Assembly: GCF_006345805.1 (NCBI RefSeq)
Contig: NW_021834059.1
Span: 1 to 26,962, forward strand
DNA: 26,962 nt
Reading direction: 5' to 3'
DNA from: Octopus sinensis
Lineage: Eukaryota
The notes under the pieces were generated by a model. It was not told the origin of the DNA and ran no database searches. It was given only the letters and a program-made list of their open reading frames with translations. Positions 16,005-26,149 of this stretch are shown in pieces. The translations under genes were made by a program, and so were the position numbers. How positions within the stretch are numbered: the first letter of the stretch is position 1; each line of letters begins with the position of its first letter.

Positions 16005-16588
16005 ATTCTTTTCTACTCTAGGCACAAGGCCCGAAATTATGGGGGAGGGGATCCAGTCGATTAGATCAACCCCAGTACGCAACTGGTACTTAATTTATCA
16101 ACCTCGAAAGGATGAAAGGCAAAGCTAACCTCGATGAAATTTGGACTCAGAACGAAAAAGCAGAAGAAATAGCTATTTCTTTACAACCTACAAGGGGCTA
16201 AACACAGAGGGGACAAACAAGGACAGACAAATGGATTAATTCGATTATATCGACCCCAGTGCGTAACTGGTACTTATTTAATCGACCCCGAAAGGATGAA
16301 AGGCAAAGTCGACCTCGGTGGGATTTGAACACAGAACGTAACGGCAGACAAAATGCCTATTTCTTTACTACCCACAAGGGGCTAAACACACAGGAGACAA
16401 ACAAGGACAGACAAACAGATTAAGTCGATTATATTGACCCCAGTGCGTAACTGGTACTTAATTTATCGACCTCGAAAGGATGAAAGGCAAAGTCGACCTC
16501 GGTGGAATTTGAACTCAGAACGTAACGGCAGACGAAATAAGGCTACGCATTTCGCCCGGCGTGCTAACGTTTCTGCCGGCTCGCCACC
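16005..16588 (-). mobile_element. Trimeric SINE family B array, 184-bp period, single tRNA head at the right end
   Basis: ctggtactta at 16083, 16267 and 16451. Head sequence ..gtgctaacgtttctgccggctcgccacc ends at 16588. Confidence 0.92.
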
Positions 16589-17351
16589 AAGTAGCTTTTT
16601 AATATTGTTTGTTCAACTCCTGTCGAGGAAAAGTTTAACTTTCATCCTTATGGAGACCCTAAAATAAAGCACCAGCTAAATATTCGTGCTGATATAATCA
16701 TCTGCATCTATAAATATTTTTTGTGTTTAGCCAAGAAACGATTATTATTTGAGAGAATAAATAGAAAGTCGTTAGAATAGAATATTTTTTCTGGCTTTTT
16801 GGATTACCAGAATCGTTACAACATCGGGGAGAAAGAAATGGCTTGCAACATGCATAATAGTAACAGAACATGAACCAGAAGTATATATATTTCTCGCTGA
16901 CAATATCATTACTGTGGTTTGAGTCAGTTGTAACTAAGGAATATAGTTTCTGGCTTCCTTCGTCGTCCCCTGGAAGGGAGAAGGAAGTGAAATTTCTCCA
17001 ATTTTTCCAGACCTGCGCCCGATGTCACTTTATGCTGTCTTGTGGCCTTAGGAGCAATATTCCGTTGTGTTCTACGATTATGATTGCTTTTCCCTATTCA
17101 AGCAATCACAGCTGGGTAATTTTACAATTACATGCAATGCAACTGGTCCTTCTACTCTAGGCGCTCGACCTTTATCCTTTCGTCTCAGCAACGCAACAAG
17201 ACAGATCTCTGAACATAGCACATTCGCCTCGTTTGCACGAGGAAAAACATTTCACTGCAATAACTCGCGATAACTCTCTCCAACAACTACATAGTATAAA
17301 TGAAGAATCTATGACCCTTACAAGGCATGATACGCTACTTTTCAATCTTGC

Positions 17352-17746
17352 ATTCGTAGCACGCCGGGCGAAATGCTTAGCGGTATTTCGTCTCCCGTTA
17401 TGTTCTGAATTCAAATTCCGCCGAGGTTGACTTTGCCTTTCATCCTTTCGGGGTCGATAAATTAAGGACCAGTTACGCACTCGGGTCGATATAATCGACT
17501 TAATCCGTTTGTCTGTCCTTGTTTGTACTCTCTGTGTTTAGCCCCTTGTGGGTAGTAAAGAAATAGGTATTTCGTCTGCCGCTACGTTTTAATTTAAAAT
17601 ACGCTGAGGTCGACTTTGCCTTTCATCCTTTCGGGGAACGATTAAATAAGTACCACTTACGCTGTGTGGTCGATATAATCAACTTAATCCCTTTGTCCTT
17701 GTTTGTCTACTCTATGTTTAGCCCGTTATGAGTAATAAATAAATAG
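17352..17746 (+). mobile_element. Dimeric SINE family B array, 184-bp period, inverted relative to 16005-16588
   Basis: ggtatttcgtc at 17382 and 17566; gactttgcctttcatcctttcgggg at 17429 and 17612. Confidence 0.92.
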
Positions 17747-17756
17747 CATTCCTAGA

Positions 17757-17903
17757 TAAAATTTCCACTTATTTCATATTTTTATTTTCCTAAAATTTTC
17801 GTTGCGTCTTGCAACATTTTTAATAGTCTTGACTCTGTCCGATATTTACACGTAGTAACGAACATTTTAGGTAAATAAAAATATGAAATAAGTGGAAATT
17901 TTA
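17757..17903. mobile_element. MITE-like palindromic element with 47-bp terminal inverted repeats
   Basis: 17757-17803 is the reverse complement of 17857-17903 with 2 mismatches; 53-bp spacer; both ends are TA. The inverted repeat is certain, the MITE label is inferred. Confidence 0.6.
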
Positions 17904-18659
17904 CTGGTGAGTGTGTTAAATTATAAGGTGCAAAAAGAAATAGACTCTCCCCAGACACAACAGAATATGCTTCAACACACGAACTCATAAATAATCTTGC
18001 AAACCAAATCCAAAGACGAAATAATTCCTAGATAAGATTATAAAAAGGCAGGTTCTCGCATTGAGCAAAAATTCTTTTCAATCCCTGTGTCCTCACAGCG
18101 AAATAATTGATATCTAAGGATTTCTTATAAGAAGAGTACGGCAACCAGTAGACTGTTTTATATTCGGAGTATAGGAAGCACTTTCCGGCATATCATATGT
18201 CAGGAGCCTAACCTTTGACTTATTTGACCAAGAACTTCAGTTCCAAAGAGATTTACGGATAAACAGGCCTAACGAATGGCAGCCAGACCTCATCTTACTA
18301 AAATCTCTGCAAACACCACAACTTCGGCGTGTTTTTGTGTATCTTCAGTCACAGCATAGTGATCCACACTGCTGTTCTGCCAAGAGGTAAAGCTAATGCC
18401 TCATCCATGGGAAGTGAAAGTTAATATGCTCTAAACATGTCCGGTGATACCAGGTGTTAAGCATAGATCTTAAGCAAAAGGAGTATGTTTCATCACCTCT
18501 CCGATATTTCCTGGACAGCTTCTACTCAGCTCATTTCTGAGTGGTATTGGCCGTGTTGATCGTATCTTTGTCTTAGTTTCTGTAGTAATGTATTTCTGGC
18601 GCAAATCAGAACCCGGGCACTTTCGCATGAAGCTTGGACTTACTTTTCCTGTTGCCTTA

Positions 18660-18993
18660 CTATTGGTGGTGGTGGTGGTGGTGGTGGTGACAATGACAAG
18701 GACACTAATAGTGAATACGACGATGTGATGGTGATGATGGTGGTGATGATGATGATGATGATGATGATGTGGTGGTGGATGAGGAGAGGAGGAAGGGGAA
18801 GAAGAAGAAGAAGAAGAAGAAGAAGAAGAAGAAGAAGAAGAAGAAGAGGAGGAGGAGGGTGTTGCTGTTTTTTGTTGCTGATTATGATGATGATTGGTGG
18901 GAGAGATGATGATGATTATGCTGATGATGATGACGGCGGCGGACGTGGAGAAGGAGAACGCTGGTGATAATTGTGATGATGATGATGATAATA

Positions 18994-19028
<35 letters not shown>

Positions 19029-19090
19029 AACGACCGCAACGACGACGACGACGACGACTACGACGGCAGCGACAACGGCTATAACGATGC
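18660..19090. repeat. Compound trinucleotide microsatellite: (GGT)n, (GAT)n, (GAA)n, (GAC)n
   Basis: Read directly; source of the poly-S/H/T/D/R ORFs. Confidence 0.95.
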
Positions 19091-19389
19091 TATGACGGAC
19101 GTTCATATATTAGGGCATGAACACTAATAATATAGTATAAGGTAAAGAAGGCGTTCATCCGCTGAACATCAAATAAATCGCCAGCCCTGCCCAGCTGCAG
19201 CAAGGTCTTACCGACCAGTTGTTAAACATGTACCCACCGAATTCAGCGATCTACGTTTCTGGAAACAACACTGTATCAAACAATATCTTTCAGCTGCTGA
19301 GAGTGAAACACCCTTCCTACCCTCTCCACCACACACCCTCCGCTATTCTTTCTTTCTCTGTTTTCTTTCAATCACTCTAGCTTTCTCTC

Positions 19390-19472
19390 TTCCTACGTGT
19401 TACTTGTTCTATTTCTCTCTGGCTATCTATCTTTCACTCTCTCCTCTCTCTCTATCCATCTCTCTGTCTATA

Positions 19473-19519
<47 letters not shown>

Positions 19520-19646
19520 TTATCTATATATATATCTATCTGTCTGCCCGACTGTCTGTCTGTCTCTCTATCTATCTATCTGTTTGTCTGTCTGTCTATC
19601 TATCTGTCTATTTATATATCTATCTATCTATCTATCTATCTATTTA

Positions 19647-19678
<32 letters not shown>

Positions 19679-19679
19679 C

Positions 19680-19729
<50 letters not shown>

Positions 19730-19842
19730 GCCTGTCTGTCTATCTATCTATCTGTCTGTCTGTCTGTCTATCTATCTGTCTTTCTATCTATCTATCATTC
19801 TATCTGTCTATCTATCTATCTGTCAATCTATCAATATATCTG

Positions 19843-19913
<71 letters not shown>

Positions 19914-20280
19914 CTCTTATTTTCTCTGCTTCACGCATTAGTTTCTACCATTAATCTATCTAACGAGGCAACCAGTTATCTGTCTGTCTGACTGTCTAAC
20001 TATCTATTCATACATTTGTCTGTCCCTTTGTTCATCTATCTGTCTATCTATCCAAATATATATCTCTTTCCTGTTCCCCCTCTCTCTCCCTCTCTCTATC
20101 TACTCTCCTACATACCTATGTATCTATTTATCTAATTTATGATTTCACTTTAACATACACACTCATTTCGAAATATTCCTCTGTCTGTTTGTCTGTATCT
20201 CTGTTTCTTTCTCCCTCCCTCTTTATTTATACATAAATACATACATACATGTACACACACACACACACACACATAAATAT

Positions 20281-20330
<50 letters not shown>
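19390..20330. repeat. (TATC/TGTC)n tract followed by CT-rich, (CA)n and (TA)n repeats
   Basis: Read directly. Confidence 0.95.
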
Positions 20331-20589
20331 TACTTGGAGAAAAGAAACGAAACGACGCGAGGGCGCTCAGTCATGTATATATATATATTTAAAGACTGGT
20401 ATATATATATGTAAATTAGAATTCTTCTAAATGTCGTTTAGACACTCAAACATTACTGGTTTTAGATGTTAATCTGTATTTTGCAATTTTCATAATGTTG
20501 TTCACTATGGAATCTTGAATCTTAATTTTATTGAAAGGTTATTTTTGAAAAAGTTGCTGAAATAAAACTGGGAAAAAAGATAAACGACA

Positions 20590-20712
20590 GAATTATTAGA
20601 GCGCTGGACTAAATGCCTTGCATTCTTTAGTAGTCACATCACTTAATGTTTCGAGTTCAAATCTTGCCAAAGTCAATTTTACTTTTCATCTTTCGAAGGC
20701 CTATAAAATATG
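20590..20712 (+). mobile_element. Highly diverged SINE family B fragment
   Basis: ttagagcgctggactaaatgcc..cgagttcaaatcttgccaaagtcaattttacttttcatctttcg..ataaaata keeps the family B motif order. Confidence 0.55.
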
Positions 20713-21419
20713 CGCGTTGGTATAATCAAGTGTCCGAAGCATGACTGTAGTCCAATGAATGTAACCAGTAAAAGATCATTGGGCACATGATGTCATCAGT
20801 GTAATAGTTCAATACTGAACCCTATGTTTGAAAACATATTCTATCGGGAACCAGCTACATCGAAATTTTCTAGAATATTTTTCACTTTATTATGAAAATT
20901 GAATTACTGATGAAACAAATTTACACTTATATTTTATTTATTTGATACTCACATGGTATGTGTAGCATGTTAGACATAGCAATTTAAAGATAATCACAGA
21001 CACCTGATACTCAGTGTGTGGTTATTTCTGAAGTCTTTCTTTCTAAAATACCAACTCGAGATCCATGCATCGTTGTTTAGCCCCAGGTCAACCATTATCG
21101 TGTAGGTATGAGATCAAATGCGTGCCAGCAGTGATGGTTCCATTTTATTGTACATTAATTGTTAAGGCACTTGTAATTTGAAGGGATTTACCTGCTATCT
21201 ATAGCAGAACAAGCAAATGAAGTCGTCAAGTTACTGATATCAAGTAATAATCGTATCGATATCGAGAAGTCTCTGGAGGTTAGTTACTGCGAGGCTTCCT
21301 AGAATATAAAACATTGTCAGTGTGTAACGCTATTCAAAGTCAACTCCTGTGGAGTTTGAATTGTGAAATATTTTACTAAATACTGTGAATCTTTTATTCA
21401 ATGTGACTTTAATATTATC

Positions 21420-21520
21420 AGTGTCTTCTACTATAGCCTCGGGCAGATCAAGGCCTTAAGTGAATTTGGTAGACAAACTAAAAGAAACCCGTCGTGTATA
21501 TAAATATATATATGTGTGTG

Positions 21521-21559
<39 letters not shown>

Positions 21560-21763
21560 TGTGTGTATTTGTGTGTATTTGTCCCTCCCACCATCGCTTG
21601 ACAACCGATGTTGGTGTGTTTACGTCCCCGTAACTAAGCGGTTCGACGGAGGAAACCGAAAGAATAGGTACTAGGCATACAGAGAATGTCCTGGGATCGA
21701 TTAGTTTGACTAAAGGCGGTGCTCCAGCATGGCTGCAGTCAAATGACTGAAACAAGTAAAAGA
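21420..21763 (+). mobile_element. SINE family A lacking its tRNA head
   Basis: Begins agtgtcttctactatagcctcggg, has an internal (GT)n, ends gcagtcaaatgactgaaacaagtaaaaga. Confidence 0.9.
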
Positions 21764-21764
21764 A

Positions 21765-22137
21765 TATATATTATATAAAATCCGTTCTGTCTGTCTGTGT
21801 GTGTGTCTTCTAGGATCTCGGACATCCTCCATCCGATTGCACTCAAATTTGATATGTAGATACCGACGGTATCAGGGGATGTATAAGTCTTCAAAACAAT
21901 TACAAAAATTGATTCCGGGTGAGAATGCGATCGATAAAGCCGTGGGAAATTGTTTTTCTTTGGAATAGAAAAAGAGTCTATCTTTATTTCTTCTTTTGCT
22001 GGTGTCTCAAATTTAGGTTAAATCAGTGTTTCTCAAAGGGGAGGCCTATGGGACGGTCGGACAAGTTGCTTTGAGAAAATTTGGTGTAAATGTTTGACGA
22101 CTCAGCACCGTCCATTGAATGGGGGGCGTTTTGCTAG
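21765..22137 (+). mobile_element. Probable non-autonomous Helitron
   Basis: 5' tatattatataaaa..ctgtctgtctgtgtgtgtg..atctcgg..ccgatt..aaatttg resembles known non-autonomous Helitron 5' ends. 3' end has an imperfect GC-rich hairpin (caccgtccattgaatggggggcg) a few bases before CTAG at 22134-22137. The 5' TC is not clearly preserved. Confidence 0.55.
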
Positions 22138-23269
22138 AAATGACATTGTACCAGAACCTGCAATTTCTTCGTATAATAGAATTATCTAAGTACATATCTC
22201 ATCCTTGTCAATGAGATTATGTAAAAACGTAAGAAACTATGATTTACACCAATGCACACACCCATATAAACCCAAATATTTTACAATAGTTTCGTTTTTA
22301 CCCATCATAACAGGAAACAGCTTTCATCTTCCAGAACAAAAAGATGATGATGCTTATTATAAAATCGTATGTACCGATGCATTCGCAATATGGCGAATGT
22401 CAAGCTTGTGTAGGTAAGTCATTAAACTCGATTGCATCAAAAATAAGAAATAGCTAGAACATGCAGATACGTTTAAAATTTTACTGTGATTATCTTCTTG
22501 TTATTAGTAAAGAAGATGACTTGTTCCAGGTGTAAATATTTCGGAAGAGGCAAAATAAATTTCCTCTATGATTGTACAATGAATTACAACGTGACTTAAC
22601 ATTTATTACATTATAGTAATGTAAAATTTATGAAACATGCTCAGAGAGTTACATAATGAAAAGGATAATAATTTATTTGCAGCTAGCAGAGATGTGTTTC
22701 ATAGATTTAAAATTTGGTATCATCTGCGCTGTCTCTTTCGTTGTGAATAAGCGGCAAGTGCAAACAGCCAAACAGCCGAGGAGATTTTTTTTTATTGTAT
22801 CACTGAACGTGAAAAGTGCTCTCCCCAACATGCATCCAATATTGACAAAAGAGAATTTTTCTTGGAATGATTGCCACCTCGTGACTATATCACCTGGGAA
22901 CAAAAACGAGATACGCTTCTGAGATCAAAATCTGAATTACTGCAACCAAAGAGAAGAATGAAAAAATATATATGAGAATGTGTATGCGTGGGAGAAAGAG
23001 TGTGTGTGTTCGTGCGTTTGTGTGTGTGTACGTGTGTGTGTGTGCGTGCGATTTTCAGATGTGAAGATAAACTTTTTACCTAGCATTGGGCCAAAGGAAA
23101 TTTTGGGCCCCGTTGCAGGCTACCGATAGACTCTCAGTACATTTCAGAAATGTGTTCCTCTCAAATGAATTAACCTACCATCAAGCACTATTTCCTTTAT
23201 GTAACATCAGGGGATACTACATTTGAGAGAGTAAATAAACAAACAGCGGTTATCAAGCGATGTACGATG

Positions 23270-23307
23270 GACACACATACATACATACACACACATACAT
23301 ACACACA

Positions 23308-23342
<35 letters not shown>

Positions 23343-23345
23343 CAC

Positions 23346-23385
<40 letters not shown>

Positions 23386-23405
23386 CATACAAAATTCACA
23401 TACAT
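23270..23405. repeat. (TACA)n/(CA)n microsatellite
   Basis: Read directly. Confidence 0.95.
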
Positions 23406-23551
23406 ACAGTTCGCTCTCGGCAGCAGGGCCGAAAAAGGGGTGTTCGGCAGCCGCCACTGGTGTCAGTTTTACTCGCCACAGGCGCCCGCAAAACCGTCCC
23501 AAAGTCGCTCGGCGCACAGGTCGATATATGAGACAATTTCACGGCAGTGAA

Positions 23552-23632
23552 CATGCTTGGCCTAGCAGGGAGAAGTTACTCTCACGATCGTAAGATCGTG
23601 GTTTCAATTCCTGAACCGGTCGCGTTGTGTTT
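23552..23632 (+). mobile_element. Diverged tRNA-like head of SINE family C
   Basis: ctcacgatcgtaagatcgtggtttcaattcctgaaccggtcgcgttgtgtt resembles cttacgatcgtgaggttgtgagctcgaatcccggaccggggctgcgtgttgtgtt at 25206. Confidence 0.6.
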
Positions 23633-23753
23633 TTCATCATATTCTCTCTTATGATGGTAAAAATCTATTTTACTTCTTAGTGCTTTCATCTGTCACAATA
23701 CTACAAATAAGCACCAACTTATCTCCCGTTCACCCACTCTCACTCTATCTCTC

Positions 23754-23799
<46 letters not shown>

Positions 23800-23800
<1 letters not shown>

Positions 23801-24185
23801 TAGTGGCTGTGTGGCAAGTAGCTTGTTTACCAACCACATGGTTCCGGGTTTAGTCCCACTGCGTGGCACCTTGGGACAAGTGTCTTCTATTATAGCCTCA
23901 GGGTGACCAAAGCCTTGCGAGTGGATTTGGTTGACGGAAACTGAAAGAAGCCCGTCGTATATATGTATATATATGCATGTGTGTATATGTTTGTGTGTCT
24001 GTATTTGTACCCCCAACATTGCATGTGTGTTTACGTCCATGTAACTTAGTGGTTCGGCAAATGGAACCAATACAATAACTACTAGGCTTTGAAAGAATAG
24101 TTCATGGAGTCGATTTGCTCGACTAAAGGCGGTGTTCCAGCATGGCCGCAGTCAAATGACTGAAACCAGTAAAAGAGTACAAGAG
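23800..24185 (+). mobile_element. SINE family A, full length
   Basis: A-box tggctgtgtgg (23804), B-box ggtttagtccc, gcaccttgggacaagtgtc, internal TA/TG microsatellite, tail gtaaaagag. Confidence 0.93.
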
Positions 24186-24208
24186 AAGGGAATATATTAT
24201 ATATATAT

Positions 24209-24240
<32 letters not shown>

Positions 24241-24243
24241 ATG

Positions 24244-24328
24244 ATATAAATAGAGTACATTTAAAAACAAGAGGAGCTGCCTTCATCAGGCAGCTTCTCT
24301 TGTGTTTAAATGTACACTATTTTATATT
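24244..24328. repeat. 85-bp near-perfect inverted repeat (hairpin)
   Basis: Arms 24244-24282 and 24288-24328; 36 of 39 positions Watson-Crick plus one G-T, one 2-nt bulge, 5-nt loop tcatc. Confidence 0.92.
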
Positions 24329-24416
24329 GAGAATACGTTGTCTATTGACTTTTTATACATGCTAGGTCACTACTAGTGAAAAGAACCAAACACTCGCTAC
24401 CCTATATTTTACGTGT

Positions 24417-24456
<40 letters not shown>

Positions 24457-24574
24457 TACAATGCAGCAAGGAGTTTTGTCAGTGAACATGTCCCGGTCTC
24501 GAAGCGAAGAAAATATTTTGACAAATTCAATTTAAATGTTGAAATGAATCTGACGGTTTTTGTGTGTTTCTTAT

Positions 24575-24868
24575 AAGGCTTATAAACACCTTCCACGCTG
24601 CAACTGTTTTGGTCACAAAGCGCTTCGCATTGTTTTAGCCTTCAAATGATGCCACCCCACTGGCTAAGCGAGCAGGCCAACAGAAGAAAGAGTGAGAGAA
24701 AGTTGTGGCGAAAGAGTACAGCAGGGATCGCCAGCACCTCCTGCCGGAGCCTCGTGGAGCTTTAGGTGTTTTCGCTCAATAAACACTCACAACGCCCGGT
24801 CTGGGAATCGAAAACGCGATCCTACGAACGCGAGTCCGCTGCCCTAACCACTGGGCCATTGCGCGCTC
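24575..24868 (-). mobile_element. tRNA-derived SINE, family D
   Basis: Minus strand begins gagcgcgcaaTGGCCCAGTGGttagggcagcggactcgcg..GTTTTCGATTCCcagaccggg (A and B boxes), then a unique body. Only one copy in the window, so the 3' end is approximate. Confidence 0.75.
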
Positions 24869-24884
24869 GACATATATATATATA

Positions 24885-25082
24885 TTGATTCGTTAGCTAC
24901 TGCACGCATTTTTTTTCTATCCTTCTTTCTGTGTTTTTCTCTCTTGTATCTTTTCTGTTGAAGAGCGTAGGCTCGAAACGTTAAAGACTTGTTTATTTAT
25001 ATTTCCTGAGCGCCATACTAATACAATTGTTGTTTGTTTTCCACCTGCCTTCGTCTTTTGTTTATTTCATCTAAAGTTCCCG

Positions 25083-25083
<1 letters not shown>
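24885..25083 (+). mobile_element. Solo Penelope-type terminal-repeat remnant flanked by (TA)n, carrying a hammerhead-like motif
   Basis: Pyrimidine-rich segment between two (TA)n runs containing ctgttga-a-gagc-gtag-gctc-gaaa-cgtt. Assignment to a Penelope-like element is inferred from the motif. Confidence 0.55.
24948..24988 (+). ncRNA. Minimal type I hammerhead ribozyme-like motif (A6U variant core)
   Basis: Core CUGUUGA at 24955-24961, stem II GAGC/GCUC with GUAG loop, GAAA, palindromic stem III ACGU, cleavage triplet GUU, stem I tcttt/aaaga with one bulge. Confidence 0.55.
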
Positions 25084-25152
<69 letters not shown>

Positions 25153-25176
25153 TATATATATATGTGTGTGTGTGAA

Positions 25177-25514
25177 GGCGCATGGCTTAGTGGTTAGAGC
25201 GTCGAGCTTACGATCGTGAGGTTGTGAGCTCGAATCCCGGACCGGGGCTGCGTGTTGTGTTCTCGAGCAAGGCACTTTATTTCACGTTGCTCCAGTTCAC
25301 TCAGCTGTTAGAAATGAGTTGCGACGTCACTGGTGCCAAGCTGTATCGACCTTTGTCTTTCCCTTGGATAACACTGGTGGCGTGGAGAGGGGAGGCTGGT
25401 ATGCATGGGCGACTGCTGGCCTTCCATAAACAACCGTGCCCGGACTTGTATCTAGGAAGGTAACTTTCTAGGTGCAATCCCATGGTCATTCATGACCGAA
25501 GGGGGTCTTTACCC
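25177..25514 (+). mobile_element. tRNA-derived SINE, family C, apparently full length
   Basis: A-box tggcttagtgg, B-box gctcgaatccc, post-head gttgtgttctcgagcaaggcacttt, ends in (TA)n. Confidence 0.85.
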
Positions 25515-25556
<42 letters not shown>

Positions 25557-25558
<2 letters not shown>

Positions 25559-25651
25559 TCCCGGGTCGATTTGCTCGACTAAAGGCGGTGCTCCAGCATG
25601 GCCGCAGTCAAATGACTGAAACAAGTAAAAGAGTAAAAGAGAGTAAAAGAG
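25557..25651 (+). mobile_element. SINE family A 3' end, inverted duplicate of 25740-25835
   Basis: Near-identical to the reverse complement of 25740-25835, including the tail gtaaaagagtaaaagagagtaaaagag. Confidence 0.92.
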
Positions 25652-25739
25652 TATATATATATATATATATATAGAGTAAAAGAGAGTAAAAGAGTATATA
25701 TAAAGAGTAAAAGAGTATATATATATATATATATATATA

Positions 25740-26148
25740 CTCTTTTACTCTCTTTTACTCTTTTACTTGTTTCAGTCATTTGACTGCGGCCATGCTGGAG
25801 CACCGCCTTCAGTCGAGCAAATCGCCCCCGGGACTTATACTTTGTAAGCCCAGTACTTATTCTATCGGTCTCTTTTGCCGAAACGCTAAGTGACATGGAC
25901 GTAAACACACCAGCATCGGTTGTCAAGCAATGCTAGAGGGACAAACACAAACACACACAAACACACACACACATATATATATACATATATACGACAGGCT
26001 TCTTTCAGTTTCCGTCTACCAAATCCACTCACAAGGTATTGGTCGGCCCGGGGCTATAGCAGAAGACACTTGCCCAAGATGCCACGCAGTGGGACTGAAC
26101 CCGGAACCATGTGGTTTGTTTGCAAGCTACTTACCACACAGCCACTCC
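25740..26148 (-). mobile_element. SINE family A, full-length young copy
   Basis: All family A blocks are present; minus strand starts ggagtggctgtgtggtaagtagc with B-box ggttcagtccc. Confidence 0.95.
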
Positions 26149-26149
26149 T

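Noticed and set aside
16005-16588. Regularly spaced repeats as a CRISPR array
   Set aside because: Units are 184-bp SINE multimers without unique spacers; eukaryotic context and no cas genes.
18470-19127. Poly-Ser/His/Thr/Asp ORFs resembling low-complexity transcription factor regions
   Set aside because: They coincide with a compound trinucleotide microsatellite that is open on both strands; no domain.
24790-25230. tRNA genes at the A/B-box motifs
   Set aside because: No complete cloverleaf or acceptor stem; the heads continue into SINE bodies.
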